From the human T2T-CHM13v2.0 reference genome, Homo sapiens: 64,000 nt of DNA. Position numbers and translations under genes: made by a program. Position 1 is the first letter of the stretch. Each line of letters starts with the position of its first letter. The stretch is from the NCBI RefSeq assembly GCF_009914755.1, contig NC_060925.1; one strand, 5' to 3'. This document shows positions 30,285 to 51,000 of the stretch, piece after piece. The notes below the pieces were generated by a model. That model searched no databases and was not told the DNA's origin. It was given only the letters and a program-made list of their open reading frames with translations.

Positions 30285-31301
30285 ATGGGGAAAAAACAGA
30301 ACAGAAAAACTGGAAACTCTAAAACGCAGAGTGCCTCTCCTCCTCCAAAGGAACGCAGTTCCTCACCAGCAACAGAACAAAGCTGGATGGAGAATGATTT
30401 TGACGAGCTGAGAGAAGAAGGCTTCAGACGATCAAATTACTCTGAGCTACGGGAGGACATTCAAACCAAAGGCAAAGAAGTTGAAAACTTTGAAAAAAAT
30501 TTAGAAGAATGTATAACTAGAATAACCAATACAGAGAAGTGCTTAAAGGAGCTGATGGAGCTGAAAACCAAGACTCGAGAACTACGTGAAGAATGCAGAA
30601 GCCTCAGGAGCCGATGCGATCAACTGGAAGAAAGGGTATCAGCAATGGAAGATGAAATGAATGAAATGAAGCGAGAAGGGAAGTTTAGAGAAAAAAGAAT
30701 AAAAAGAAATGAGCAAAGCCTCCAAGAAATATGGGACTATGTGAAAAGACCAAATCTACGTCTGATTGGTGTACCTGAAAGTGATGTGGAGAATGGAACC
30801 AAGTTGGAAAACACTCTGCAGGATATTATCCAGGAGAACTTCCCCAATCTAGCAAGGCAGGCCAACGTTCAGATTCAGGAAATACAGAGAACGCCACAAA
30901 GATACTCCTTGAGAAGAGCAACTCCAAGACACATAATTGTCAGATTCACCAAAGTTGAAATGAAGGAAAAAATGTTAAGGGCAGCCAGAGAGAAAGGTCG
31001 GGTTACCCTCAAAGGAAAGCCCATCAGACTAACAGCGGATCTCTCGGCAGAAACCCTACAAGCCAGAAGAGAGTGGGGGCCAATATTCAGCATTCTTAAA
31101 GAAAAGAATTTTCAACCCAGAATTTCATATCCAGCCAAACTAAGCTTCATAAGTGAAGGAGAAATAAAATACTTTATAGACAAGCAAATGCTGAGAGATT
31201 TTGTCACCACCAGCCCTGCCCTAAAAGAGCTCCTGAAGGAAGCGCTAAACATGGAAAGGAACAACCGGTACCAGCCGCTGCAAAATCATGCCAAAATGTA
31301 A
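30285..31301 (+). CDS. LINE-1 ORF1p, 338 aa, intact
   Basis: Full length; REKG(235-238), RR(261-262) and YPAKLS(282-287) motifs intact. Confidence 0.97.
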   Translation: MGKKQNRKTGNSKTQSASPPPKERSSSPATEQSWMENDFDELREEGFRRSNYSELREDIQTKGKEVENFEKNLEECITRITNTEKCLKELMELKTKTRELREECRSLRSRCDQLEERVSAMEDEMNEMKREGKFREKRIKRNEQSLQEIWDYVKRPNLRLIGVPESDVENGTKLENTLQDIIQENFPNLARQANVQIQEIQRTPQRYSLRRATPRHIIVRFTKVEMKEKMLRAAREKGRVTLKGKPIRLTADLSAETLQARREWGPIFSILKEKNFQPRISYPAKLSFISEGEIKYFIDKQMLRDFVTTSPALKELLKEALNMERNNRYQPLQNHAKM

Positions 31302-31340
31302 AGACCATCGAGACTAGGAAGAAACTGCATCAACTAATGA

Positions 31341-35191
<3,851 letters not shown>

Positions 35192-35440
35192 ACAATGAGA
35201 TCACTTGGACACAGGAAGGGGAATATCACACTCTGGGGACTGTGGTGGGGTCGGGGGAGGGGGGAGGGATAGCATTGGGAGATATACCTAATGCTAGATG
35301 ACACGTTAGTGGGTGCAGCGCACCAGCATGGCACATGTATACATATGTAACTAACCTGCACAATGTGCACATGTACCCTAAAACTTAGAGTATAATAAAA
35401 AAAAAAAATTAAAAAAAAAAAAAAAAGAACTAAAGGACAG

Positions 35441-38264
<2,824 letters not shown>

Positions 38265-38265
<1 letters not shown>

Positions 38266-38530
38266 AGGATATTCTTAGTTGGCAACACTATGATTTTCTG
38301 TGTGTGGCAGTAAATAATACAATGACTATTAGTAGATTAGTAGTGTAGAGTTTGATGCTTTAGTCATGCTAAGGTACCAGCAATTTTAAACACCATCAGT
38401 GCAGGCGACAACTCAATAAAAAGGCATTTTTTTCCCAACAGGTATTAGAAAGAAAAGAAATTTCATAACACTTGGCCACTCAAAAATTTTCTTGACAATC
38501 TCCATATTCCTAGAATCCCCAAGGTATTCA
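38265..38530. mobile_element. Charlie1-like element, right part
   Basis: aatacaatgacta...catgctaaggtaccagcaattt...caccatcagtgca continues the same consensus after the nested L1s. Confidence 0.6.
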
Positions 38531-40909
38531 CAAAGCCTAGCTCATGACTGGCACATAGCAGTCAATCAATTTGTTGAATTTATTGACTTTTTCCCCACAG
38601 GCAGACTTTAAGAAAGGCAGGGTCAGAGAAATTGTATTAAGAGGATTTGCCTGGGAAGTCATTCAGTCACATCTAAGTGCCCACATCGAAGTATAAATCT
38701 CTCATTAGGTGCAGTGAGGGGATCAAATAAGGAAAAATAACTTCTTCCAGGCACTCTAGTTAGAGAGAACATATTCTTACATGGAAATCACTCAATATTT
38801 ACAAAAACATGCATGTAAAATAGAAAACAGAGAATAAAGATTGATTATATGTTGTGACTAGTGAGTGTGAAATAATGAGGGGAATTAGACAGCAGGATTC
38901 ATTATACTTTGGGAGAATGTAATCTTCATAATTCTCTCCAAATCATTCGAGTGAAGAGCAGATCTAGTCTAGGCACCTCAGTATTTTGAAGAGAAGCGTT
39001 ATTTTTTCATATGTCTAAAGTTTCAAGATCACTGGATGGTGAAAATGCTGACCAAATAGGAACTCATTTCAGGTCACACCCCTCTTTATGATGGAAGTTT
39101 TTGCTGATTCTAGAGAACCAGTATATAATAGCAGCAGCCACTTAATTCACCAATCCAGGTTCTACAGTTGACCCATTAATTGGAATACATCAGTTGGGAA
39201 TTCTTTCTCTCACTTAATGATTTTTAACGATTGTTATTTCCATCATATACACCAAACACAGACACATATAGACACCCTGTTCTTCCCTTTATTCTACTAA
39301 TCATTTCTGGTTAACTTTGACATCATATGGCATACTTCTGTGTTCATTTCTAAATACCTTACCATACACACTGAGGTCTGGTCATTACCCTATCCTCACA
39401 TTCAAATTCACCATCAATACATATTCCTTTTCCTGAAACATTTCCTTTTAGCTATTCCACTTTAGAGAACTGAGCAAGTTACTTTAGTTTCATAGGTCTT
39501 ATAAAGATGTGGCTGGACTGGATTAGAAGTTTTCATACTTATCTTGACCCACAGTAAGAAATACATTTTTACATCATGACAAAATTCACACAAACATACA
39601 TATATTCAACCTTAAAAAGTTCTGTAAAACCATATTTATTCTTACTGATGATGATGTACTGATTTTTTTAAATTGAGGTAAAATCTATATAACATAAAAT
39701 TCACTATTTTAGTCATTTAAAAATATACAATTCAGTTGTCTTTAGTAGATTCACAACGTTGTTCAACCACTACCATGATAGAATTTCAGAGCATTTTAAT
39801 CACCCAAAAAGAAACTCCATATCTATTAAGCAGTCCCTCCCCAATTTTTTTTCTATTCTATTTCATTTGCTCTAAAAATAATCCTGAATGAGACTCACTA
39901 AATTGGTCTTATGATCCGCTGACCAATGAATCCCAACTCAAAGTCTGAAATAACTGCTTAATAATTACTGAGAGGACCTCTAGTTCTATGAGTCTATTTT
40001 TTTATAGACATTGTTTCTCTCCAAGTGAAATCTAGTTTAGAAGATTCCCACTAAAATTTCCTGAGATGTTGCCTTTTTTGTATTCATGCAAGCATGCACT
40101 CAACATTTATTAAGAGCTTAAATGGAAGGAGAATTTAAAAAGTAGTCTCTGTCTTCAGAGGGTTCACAATATAATAGAAAAGACAAACATGAAAATAAAT
40201 GAGTATGAACAAAGAAGGGGAAGTGATCAGTTCTATCTTGTAGTGTGATGAGGGAATGGAATTAAGAAAAGTTTCATGGAGGCTGACTTTAGAAAGAATG
40301 TGTAGGTGTCTTATTGTCATTTAGATGTCTGCTCTAGAAATCTTATCCTCAATGTTATTTTCCTACAACGGACTCTGCAAGTTCCAGGAAAACAGCATTA
40401 TATATGGAAATCTGTTTTCATATTGGCCAAGAAGGAATACAGAAAGGAGGAAAAGGGAGAAAAGAAGGAAACAAAGAAACTAGCATTTATTGAGTAGTTA
40501 TAATGTATTCAACACACGTATTTTCTTACTTAATCTTCCTGATTAATTTCTCAAAGTGTATACATATTTTAATCCACATTTTGCTCTGAGCAAAAACCTC
40601 TCATGTCTTACTCTATTTTGGCTGTGTAGGAACACATGTATTTTCCAAGTGAGACAGGGATATGTGTCACACAGTTTGGCACTTAAATGTGAAAATTTTC
40701 ACTAAACATTTCTTTAATTTGCCAATGACGTATGATCCTTTAGAACTTGAACTTGTTCTTTCTTGAGAAGGGAGCTATGATATATCAAAGTCATTATAAT
40801 TTGGGAAGGCAATTAATGAGGGTACTTGTAATCCATGCATTGTGGGGATCCAGGAGGAAACGAAGAATAAACAAGTGGAAAGTGATTTGAAGACTTGGAG
40901 AAAGACATT

Positions 40910-41194
40910 GTTTTTTTTTTGTTTGTTTGTTTGTTTGTTTTTTTGAGACAGAGTCTTGCTCTGCCAGGCTGGAGTGCGGTGGCATGATCTCGGCTCACTG
41001 CAACCTCTGCCTCGCGGGCTCAGGTGATTCTCTTGCCTCAGCCTCCTGAGTAGCTGGGATTACAGGCATGTGCCACCATGCCTGGGGTTTTGCCATGTTG
41101 GCTAGGCTGGTCTCAAACTCCTGACCTCAGGTAATACACCCACTTCAGCCTCCCAAAGTGCTGGGATTACAGGTACAAGCCACCATGCCCGGCT
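40910..41194 (-). mobile_element. Alu (AluS) lacking the central linker, (CAAA)n tail
   Basis: TSD gaaagacatt at 40900-40909 and 41195-41204. Confidence 0.9.
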
Positions 41195-42245
41195 GAAAGA
41201 CATTCTTATTGATGTCCACACAGGGAGAGTTTCCCTCCATGTTAGTCAGAAGGCCAGAAAGGGGAAGTGATTTTTTAAAATCACAGATAAATGGGTCTCT
41301 TGTTTTCAAGGGGATAGTCTTCCTTGTGGCACTTTGCCTGGAAGTTATTCCTTGCCCCAATGAAAAGCTGAGGGAAATGAAGAGTTCCTGATCTGCTGAG
41401 AGTAGACCACAGGAAACCACCACCTAGAACTAGCAGAGATCTAAATGACATCAGAGCAGCATGTGAAATAAGAAGGCTTAAATGGCATAGGACTGACTAT
41501 TGTTTGGGATGGTGTAGCGAACAGTAGATCCATGTTAGGCAGAAAATGTGACCAAGGACCACTGTATTTGACCAGGAGGCTGGAGGAGTGGGGTGTGGGT
41601 GAGGTTGCAGATGGAGAGAGACCTTTCATAGGGAGCAGGAAGACAAACAGACTGCGGAATATGAGAGTGGATACAAAGCATAAGGAAAATCAAACTTAGA
41701 ATATCAGAGGGCATGAGAATAGCAGAAGCAACATAAACATTGCCTCAGAGATAAGGGTAGCAAGTTTTGGGTCATAGTAGTTAGATAATAAGCAAACATA
41801 AGAGAAGTCTGATGGCTTCCAGAGTTACCAGCAACTGAGAAAGATTTGATTTACTTCATGTAAATCAAAGAAGTGGATAACCCTGGCTGGCAAAAAGAGA
41901 ACATTTAAAAAAGGAGAGTGAAGATGTAGAATTAGGAAGAAATGGAGATAATTAGTTTTTCAAGTGCTTATTATGTATTATACAATGTGCTGCATGCTTT
42001 ACTTCTTACTCAACACTTGAAACCACCCAAGAAAGCAGGAGATACCATCTCCATTTTATAAATAAGAAGTCTGAGGCTTGGATTTCATGTTTATGTAGCT
42101 GGGCCAGCCCTGTATCAGGTTAGCAAAAAAGAACAGAGGTATCCAAAAGGGATACCTTTTAATAGAGAGTTAACAGAAGGATATTTAAAAAGTTAATATG
42201 ACATACTAAGATAAAACAAAACAAAATCAAACCAAGCAAACTTAC

Positions 42246-42272
42246 TCTTGGGCCTGGTGCTCCAGGTGGACC
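42246..42272 (-). CDS. COL24A1: COL24A1 last triple-helical micro-exon, 27 nt (GPPGAPGPR)
   Basis: ttctag|GGT...AGA|gtaagt; three Gly-X-Y triplets; the next exon is non-collagenous. Confidence 0.93.
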
Positions 42273-42380
42273 CTAGAACACAGCAAATTAAAAAAAATAC
42301 ACATTTATTTAGTAGACATCTTAAACCAGGCAAACATATAAGCATCAATGGTAAACAGATATAAATGAAAACCAACTCAC

Positions 42381-42416
42381 TGGAGGCCCTGGTTGACCTC
42401 TTGGTCCTTGAGGACC
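42381..42416 (-). CDS. COL24A1: COL24A1 triple-helical exon, 36 nt (GPQGPRGQPGPP)
   Basis: ttccag|GGT...CCA|gtgagt; Gly-X-Y; followed by a 108-nt intron. Confidence 0.95.
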
Positions 42417-43337
42417 CTGGAAGAAATGGAGACAAACACAAGACCTATATATTATACTTTTGGTTGGGTATAAGCAAGATAACTAATATTCAACCTCTGT
42501 AACTGCCTTTCGTGCCAGGCAAGTCATACAATTTAAAATTGTTTTAGTATTCTAAAGTTATATGCTGTGGTACTTAGCAATCATCCATATTCATAAACAA
42601 GCTGGATATTTATTTTCCTGTTTATCGATATTATTAGAAACTGAATTTACTCATTTTAATAAACTATTATAAATGTAACATTTTAAAATATTAGTATTGT
42701 CTAAAGATGTTTTTCCTGTTATTTCTAACTACCATCCACCTAATCATCAAATATAGAAACTTCGGTGTTCTTAGACACATTAATTTCCTTTATCTACCTG
42801 TAAACTGGTTACTAACTCCTGTTGAGTTCACCTGAAAATCTCTCCAAAATAATACTTCTCCATTTTTATTGATAATTAAATGAATGAATGATGTTAAAAT
42901 TAATTAGTATTAATTTAGAAATTAGAAAAGTGAAAAGGTGTATCGCAAAATGTCAAAAGTTATGTTGACATTTTTCAAAGCGAAGCAATAATTACTGTTA
43001 AAAATGCTCAAAGGCCCTGTACATCTGTTCAAAAGTAACTTAGATGTTCAGCTAAATGTTAAGACTATATTGAGTCAACTCCAATTACGGTTAAAAGATG
43101 GCAAAGCAACACTTATCTTCAGCTAAGTTTTGGATAATGTTGACACCATGCTTGACTTAGTATTAAGCATCTTGTATTGCCAAAGCTGTTAATCCTAAAT
43201 ATACTGTGATAGCTAGAACAAACAATACATAGTAACTTGAAAAGATCAGAGTACTCCAACACTGTGCCTGCTAGACATGTCTCAGTTTATCTGGTTTATG
43301 ATTACAAGTTTAAGCAGAGAATGTACAAAACTTGTAC

Positions 43338-43449
43338 ATAATTAAATGAATGAATGATGTTAAAATTAATACCAGTTAATTTTAATACTAGTCAAAATTA
43401 ATACTAGTTAATACTAGTTAATTTTAACATCATCCATTCATTTAATTAT
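43338..43449. repeat. AT-rich inverted repeat, 32-bp arms with 1 mismatch, 48-nt spacer
   Basis: 43338-43369 is the reverse complement of 43418-43449; a further direct copy lies at 42872-42904. Confidence 0.92.
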
Positions 43450-43984
43450 CAACCAATGCATATATCTCAGAAGCTGCAGGGTAGCTGACAGAAATGTCAC
43501 ATTGGAGATGGCCTTTTAAATATACAGAAGCTCAAAGTGAAATTGGTTATGTCCGCTTCTCCATTTTGGATCAACAATGTAAAAATAATAAACAGTTGCA
43601 ATAGTCCATTCCACTTAGCAAGTTTTTGACATTTGGAAAATATCACTGATGGTTCAGTACAAAATACATATGTTACCTTTGACTTCAAAAGAGGAATTTA
43701 TCATAGAAAAATAAGAAACAATTTCTACTGCTGATTTTATAAAGTTCACTTCAGCTTATTATTCAGAACAAGTCAGATCACAAATATGATCAAACAAAAT
43801 ACTTCAAACCCACCAGGATAGGGCAGGGCAACTCCAATGTAACCACATAGAATAGGGAAAGTAGCCAAGTTAAAAAAATATGATTCCAACAATATAACAT
43901 TTTATTAGTTCTTTTTTATTACTCTAGCTAATACACCATTAAGGTGAAGTGATTCACTGTCTATTCTATATAAAGCTGTTTATA

Positions 43985-44661
<677 letters not shown>

Positions 44662-45011
44662 TAAAGGGGAACCAAATTACTCTGAATGGTTATGGTGGTT
44701 ATTTGGCTATAGTAAAAACACTTCCTATGAAAACAAGATTCTCTTTTCACTTTATCCCAGAATTTACATACAATCCTCCAAAAGTAACATATTTTATCAG
44801 TATACTTTAAAAATACGTGTAAGTGCATATCCTTAAACTTGAGTATGTTAGTCTTCCTTTTTGTAAATTCTTTTATTTCATTTCCTAATGTCATTTCCTT
44901 TATGTCATTTCCCTTATGTAAATGCAATCTTGATTTAGCTTCATGATCTTTATTTTAGGCTGGCTCAGTTGCACAGAGCTTCCTTTTCTCATTTATAAAC
45001 TGAGGAGCTTC

Positions 45012-45138
45012 CATTGTAGGATGTTTAGCAGCATCCCTAGCTTCTACCCACTAGATGCCACTGACATCTCATTCTTTTCCCCCAATTGTCTCCTAGGGTG
45101 GTAGGGGGACAAATGGCTCCTGGTTGAGATTCATTGGT
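45012..45138. mobile_element. MER20-like fragment
   Basis: cattgtaggatgtttagcagcatccct...ctacccactagatgcca motif. Confidence 0.65.
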
Positions 45139-45304
45139 TTGAAAGGAGAATTTAGTAATATTAAATAAGATTAACTAGATAGTAATGTAATTAGAATGGA
45201 ATGAGTGAGCACCACAAGTCATAGGGCGTGACTGCAAATAAGAACATAAACTCTTCAAGTTGTCATGCGGGTGACAGCTGGGCTACTCTTGATCTAGGTG
45301 GAGG

Positions 45305-45306
<2 letters not shown>

Positions 45307-45344
<38 letters not shown>
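45307..45344. repeat. (AC)19 microsatellite
   Basis: Perfect dinucleotide run. Confidence 0.97.
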
Positions 45345-45345
<1 letters not shown>

Positions 45346-45614
45346 ATATTCCTTACCAAGACCTCCTAACCCTCTTTTTCTGAAAGGCACTATAATTTAT
45401 AGAAAAACACAATCATATAGGAATTGGGAATCTGGGCTCTGGTTTTGTCTTTGTAACTTAATTTGCTATATGGTCTTAAGTGAACTGCTGCACATTTGGA
45501 CCTCAGATATCTAAATTGTAATATAATAGGTCTAGTGAAGATAATCTCCAAGGTTCACTTTAGAATTATGATTTTCAAGACTTTTATCAATTTTCTTCCT
45601 GATGTGTGTTTTTT

Positions 45615-45755
45615 TAATTTTTAAATTTTCTTTAAAGACGGGAGTCTTGCTATGCTACCCAAGCTGGCTTTGAACTCCTGGGCTCAAGCAATTCTTCTGC
45701 TTTAGGATCCCTGAGTAGCTGGTACCACAGGCATGTGCTTCTGCATGACCTACCT
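45615..45755 (-). mobile_element. FLAM / Alu monomer
   Basis: Single diverged arm (gaactcctgggctcaagcaatt). Confidence 0.7.
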
Positions 45756-46258
45756 CATGTTTTTTATCTGGATAAAGAAGGTGTACACAAGCATACAGAT
45801 TGGGAATTTAAAATTTAAAGTCTGTACAAATGTAATGGTAAGTGTTCTTGAATTTAAAAAGTTTGATACTTTTAAATGAATGATTTATACTATTTATGAA
45901 TTTTAAAAAGAAATACATACATATATATGCTTTAAATGCTTACTGTGTTAATATTTAGGACCTATTTCCCATATCCTAGTTTTTCCTTCTAATGCAGAAA
46001 CCATCCTTCTCACTTTCAAATTGGAGGCAAATAAGACAACTGCTAATCAAGAACTGTGAAGACATATTAACTTAGAGATAATATTAGAGAAAATGTCAAT
46101 GGGATGTTTCAATATTTTATGATTTCATTAAATAGTATATTATAAATATGAAGCAGCTAATCTGAAAATTCATGCTGAGATTGTTCTCTTTTTTTTATTA
46201 TTTCTATAGCTGTAAGTTATATGATTCAAGTTGTTACATTTTGTCAAAATTATTTTCA

Positions 46259-46584
46259 GGTCAGGTATAGTGACTCATGCCTGTAATTCTGGGGCTTTGG
46301 GAGGCAGAGGCCAGAAGAATCACGTGGGGCCAGGGTTCGAGGCCAGCCTGGGCAACACTGGGAGACACTGTCTCTACCGAAAAAAAAAAATCATTAAATA
46401 AATAAATAAATAAATAAATAAATTAGCCAAGTGCAATGACACGCACCTGTAGTCCTAGCTATTTGAGAGGCTGAGGTGGGAGGATTGCCTGAGCCCAGGA
46501 GTTCGAGGCTCCAGTGAGCTATGGCTGCACCACTGCATGCCAGCCTGGGTGACAGAGCAAGACTCTGTCAAGAAAGAAAAAAAA
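46259..46584 (+). mobile_element. Alu (AluJ) with (TAAA)n in the linker
   Basis: ggaggattgcctgagcccaggagttcgaggct diagnostic. Confidence 0.88.
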
Positions 46585-46913
46585 TCCTTTGCCGATATCT
46601 GACACTAGGATATCATTTCTGCTATAAGTTAAAATTTTACTTAGAATTTTACTTAAGTTAAATTTTTACTAATTGTATCCCATTATTTCCAGCAGTCGTC
46701 TTTGCATTACTTACTCTGAAATTTACTCAGTTGTGTTTTAAGTGTTTCAGGTCTCATAGAAAGTAGGAAATTTTGTAAACTTTCAGGATTTATTTGGCAG
46801 TAACACAACAGTTTTGAAGTAGAGGAAGAGTAGAGAATTCTACATGTTATCTGCTAGGTTTCCTTAGGATGCCATAAAACTCTGGCTCTGTTTAGAATAT
46901 ATATATATGAATA

Positions 46914-47243
46914 GGACTGGGTGCGGTGGCTTATGCCTCTAATCCCAGCACTTTGGGAGGCCGAGGCGGGCAGATCATCTGAGGCCAGGAGTTCAAGACT
47001 GGCCTGGGCAACATGGTGAAATCCCGTTTCTACAAAAAAATAGGAAAAAAATTAGCTGGGTGTGGTGCTGGATGCCTGTAATCCCAGCTACTCAGGAGGC
47101 TGAAGCACGGGAATCACTTGAACCAGAAGGTGGAGGTTGCAGTGAGCTGAGATCTTGCCACTGCACTCCAGCCTATGCAACAGAACAAGACTCTGTCTCA
47201 AAAAAAAAAAAAAAAAAAAAGAAAGAAAGAAAAAGAAAAAGAA
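46914..47243 (+). mobile_element. Alu (AluS)
   Basis: Full dimer; flanking atatatatgaat repeat. Confidence 0.92.
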
Positions 47244-47649
47244 AATATATATGAATCTAGGGACTCATTTTAAAAACAGTCCATAGGCAGGCAGACCGGG
47301 AGCAAGTATAGAACAGAAAGAAAAATAACTCTTTCATAAATGGCCATACAGAATCAGCTCTCTCAGTGGTGGAAAGGACCTACTTGGGATCAATACTAGA
47401 GTTTACAATGTTAAATTACAGAAGACATGAAGTTTTCTAATCAAGAAACCCAAATTATAATAAAGGAGTTACTTTTCATGTATTGTATAATGAGCTATAA
47501 ACTTATTTGCATTTTTTTAAAGTCACTGAATCATGCTTTGGTCATTTTTTTGGTTATATTTAGGTATAAAACTTGGTAAGGAGAGCACAGTTTAATAAAT
47601 TCATAGTTTAATAAATTTTCCTCCATGGAAAATTTTAAAATAAGATTGA

Positions 47650-48048
<399 letters not shown>

Positions 48049-51000
48049 CTAATAAAATCCATTCCAAAAATGCACCATTTACTAGCATTTTCTGAGAATG
48101 ACCTCCGCGAATGTATTACATTCTGAAAGACAGTAACCAATTAGGCGTCTTTAGCCAGTCAATTATTTAAACTGCCTCCTTAAAGAAAACAAACTGGTAG
48201 AATGTACTGAAAAATTCCCAATGAAAAGTGTAAGAAATGTTACCAAGCTTTTCCATAAAACAAAGGAGAAAAGGTTTAACGGCACATTTTATGGATTATG
48301 ATAATTGCAGAATGATCTCCAGGAATTAAAAGATTAACTTTATAAAGCTCCTTAAATTATAATGGAATCAAAGGAAAAGAAGTGATTAAAAAGGTATTTA
48401 GTATCAGTTATCAGTTACTCAACAATAAAACAGAATAAACTCATAATTGTAATGTGCCAGTTAATCCTTTTTTTTTTTAAACAGCATATTTAGTTGCCTA
48501 CTCTAAATGCCACTGTGCCTATTTCCCATCTCCCTTGGGTACTGGAAGTTTGCACCTTATTTATGAAGAGAAGCATGATAACCCACAGACTAAAAACTCT
48601 AAAAAGCATGTTAATTCAGGAAATGCTACTTTACCAGGCTAGAACTGGAAATAGTGTTTCACTTTTTAATTTTAGGGCATATTATTCATTTATCAACTAT
48701 TACCTATTACATGGCAAGTTCTGTTCTAGACACTGATAACCTGTGTACCACACAAAGTTCCCTACTCTCATGAAGTTTACATTCTAGTGGAGGGGACAGG
48801 AAATAATTGCAATGAGTGCTATTATGAAGAAAACAAAACAAGATACAGTGAAAGAGAATGACCGGAAATGATGAGACAGAATGGTCTGAGAAGACTTCTT
48901 TAAGATGGTATTTGAGCAGAGACCTGAATATTGAGATAAAATTAGTCATTTGAAGAGTATATGAAAGAATTTCCTAGGTTAAAAAAAGGCATATTCCTAA
49001 GAATAGAAAGAAGGTTAGTGTAGGTGGCAGGTGGAAAATGGTACATCAGGACACTGGAGAGGCAAACAGGGGCCAGTTCATGTAGGGCCTTGTAAATCAA
49101 GGCAAGGAAGCTTAGATTTTATTCTAAGTGCAAGAAGAAGTCATAGGGAGGTGTTTAAAGAGGAGAATGATATAATTTGATTTATTCTTTAATAATATCA
49201 CTCTATTTGCTATGTAGAGAATAGATCGTAGTGGGGGAAAAGTGGAAGAAACGACAAGAAACCGGGAGTCCAGGAGGGATATCATGATCACCTGCACAAG
49301 GATGCCAGTGAGGAAGAATGAGAGATGGATTGAGAATAGGATTTACAGCTGATGGGAATTAATCTCTAAAGAACTCTTTATGTTCTATGGCTTTGTTAGT
49401 TCTTTTGTGCGGGGGGGCGGGCTTATTTCTTTTTCTTTTATGTAGAATCACACATATTCAGATCTGGAAAGAACTTTATGGGTATCTCTTCTAATTCCCT
49501 ACTCAGTGCAGGAATACCAGTCCAGTAACTTGGGGAGATGGTCAGTAGGCTTTGGTGAAAGGTAGTTATTACCTTGCAAAATGATCTTTTTGTGTAGTTT
49601 TCATTATTATATTAGACAGCTCATTATTACATGGAGCTGAAATTAGCCTCAGTATCCTATTAACTTTGTCACTAAGTTTTTATTGTGTTAATTATGTATC
49701 CGGTGCTATAATAGACTGGGTACTAGGTGGTAACAACGATGGTAGGTAGGTACTAGGTGGTATCTAATATATTTCATGCCTTCATGGAGCTCACTTTCTC
49801 TCAGGGAGCTGAGCACAGAAACCAAAAGTACAATTCAATAAATAAGTCTTTTAAATTTTATCCTCTAGAGTTACTCATATTGTATCTATCCTCTCTTATA
49901 TAAGATAACCTTTCAAATATTTGAAGACAACTATTATGTTCCAACACCTCAATTTTGTCTAATTCATTTACCAATAACTCATTAAATATTTATTGAATGC
50001 CAACTATAAGAGAGGCACTGCCAGGTGTGAGGGACACAGCATTAAAACAAAAATCAACAGTTAAAATGTTTATGTCTTCAAGGCTACATTCTAGTGAGGA
50101 AAAATATAATAACAACAAAAAACAAATAAATATGTACTATGTCAGTTGGTAGAGGCACAGGTAGAAGGAATATAAGGCGTCTCAGGAAGGTGGGGGCACT
50201 GCTATTCACACAGGCTAGTCAGGATAAGAGGACATTTAAGTACAAAACTGAAGAACACGTGCCAGGCATTGTACTAGGTCCTGAGGGCTAGGTATTATGT
50301 CCAGGGTGGGAGTAGGGTGGGGTCAAAACATTAGCATGCCTGCCCCGAGAAATGTTCATTAAATCAAAATGTCAAGATCAGCAGGAGCTCTCTACCATAC
50401 ATAAAGGGTATGGTAGAGAAATAACAGGTACAAAAGCCAGGAAGTGCGACGAGAGAAGAAAGAACAAGGAGAGAGATGTAATCAGGCTGCAGAATCTGGT
50501 AGAGGCTAACCATCCCAGATATTTCAACTGGTCCTACCAGGACATAGGTTCCCCCAGATCCTTCCCCTTCTCTGAATGTGCTTTAATGTTGTCCATGTTT
50601 TCTTTGGGGATAGCATGACTGGTACCACTACCTGCTTTATACTGCATGCCATATTTCTATCACTACAACCTAAGATGGCAGTCCTAATCTATTGCATTTG
50701 TAATCCATCACAGAGCCACTCAATTTTTTTTTCATGTGAAATGCTTGTGACATTGCCATAGGTACTTCAGGCTTCCTAATCCTGATGGAAACTATGTCCC
50801 AGCCACAGTACTTGGAGAGGATACTGGGGAGGCATGCAGAGCCACACTGATATGGAACATGGGCTAATTCCAAGTCTCTCTGCTTTTCCCTTCCCTCTTT
50901 CACTCTTCCTTGGAAATATAGCTTCACTGTGTACATATGCTCTTGCTTCCTGTTACAATAAATCTGCTGAGAAAAGGTGAGGATCACATTTCTACAAATT

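Noticed and set aside
43338-43452. Hairpin as a pre-miRNA, MITE or CRISPR-like array
   Set aside because: Extremely AT-rich with a large repetitive loop, no TSD, no recognised TIR and no regular repeat-spacer pattern.
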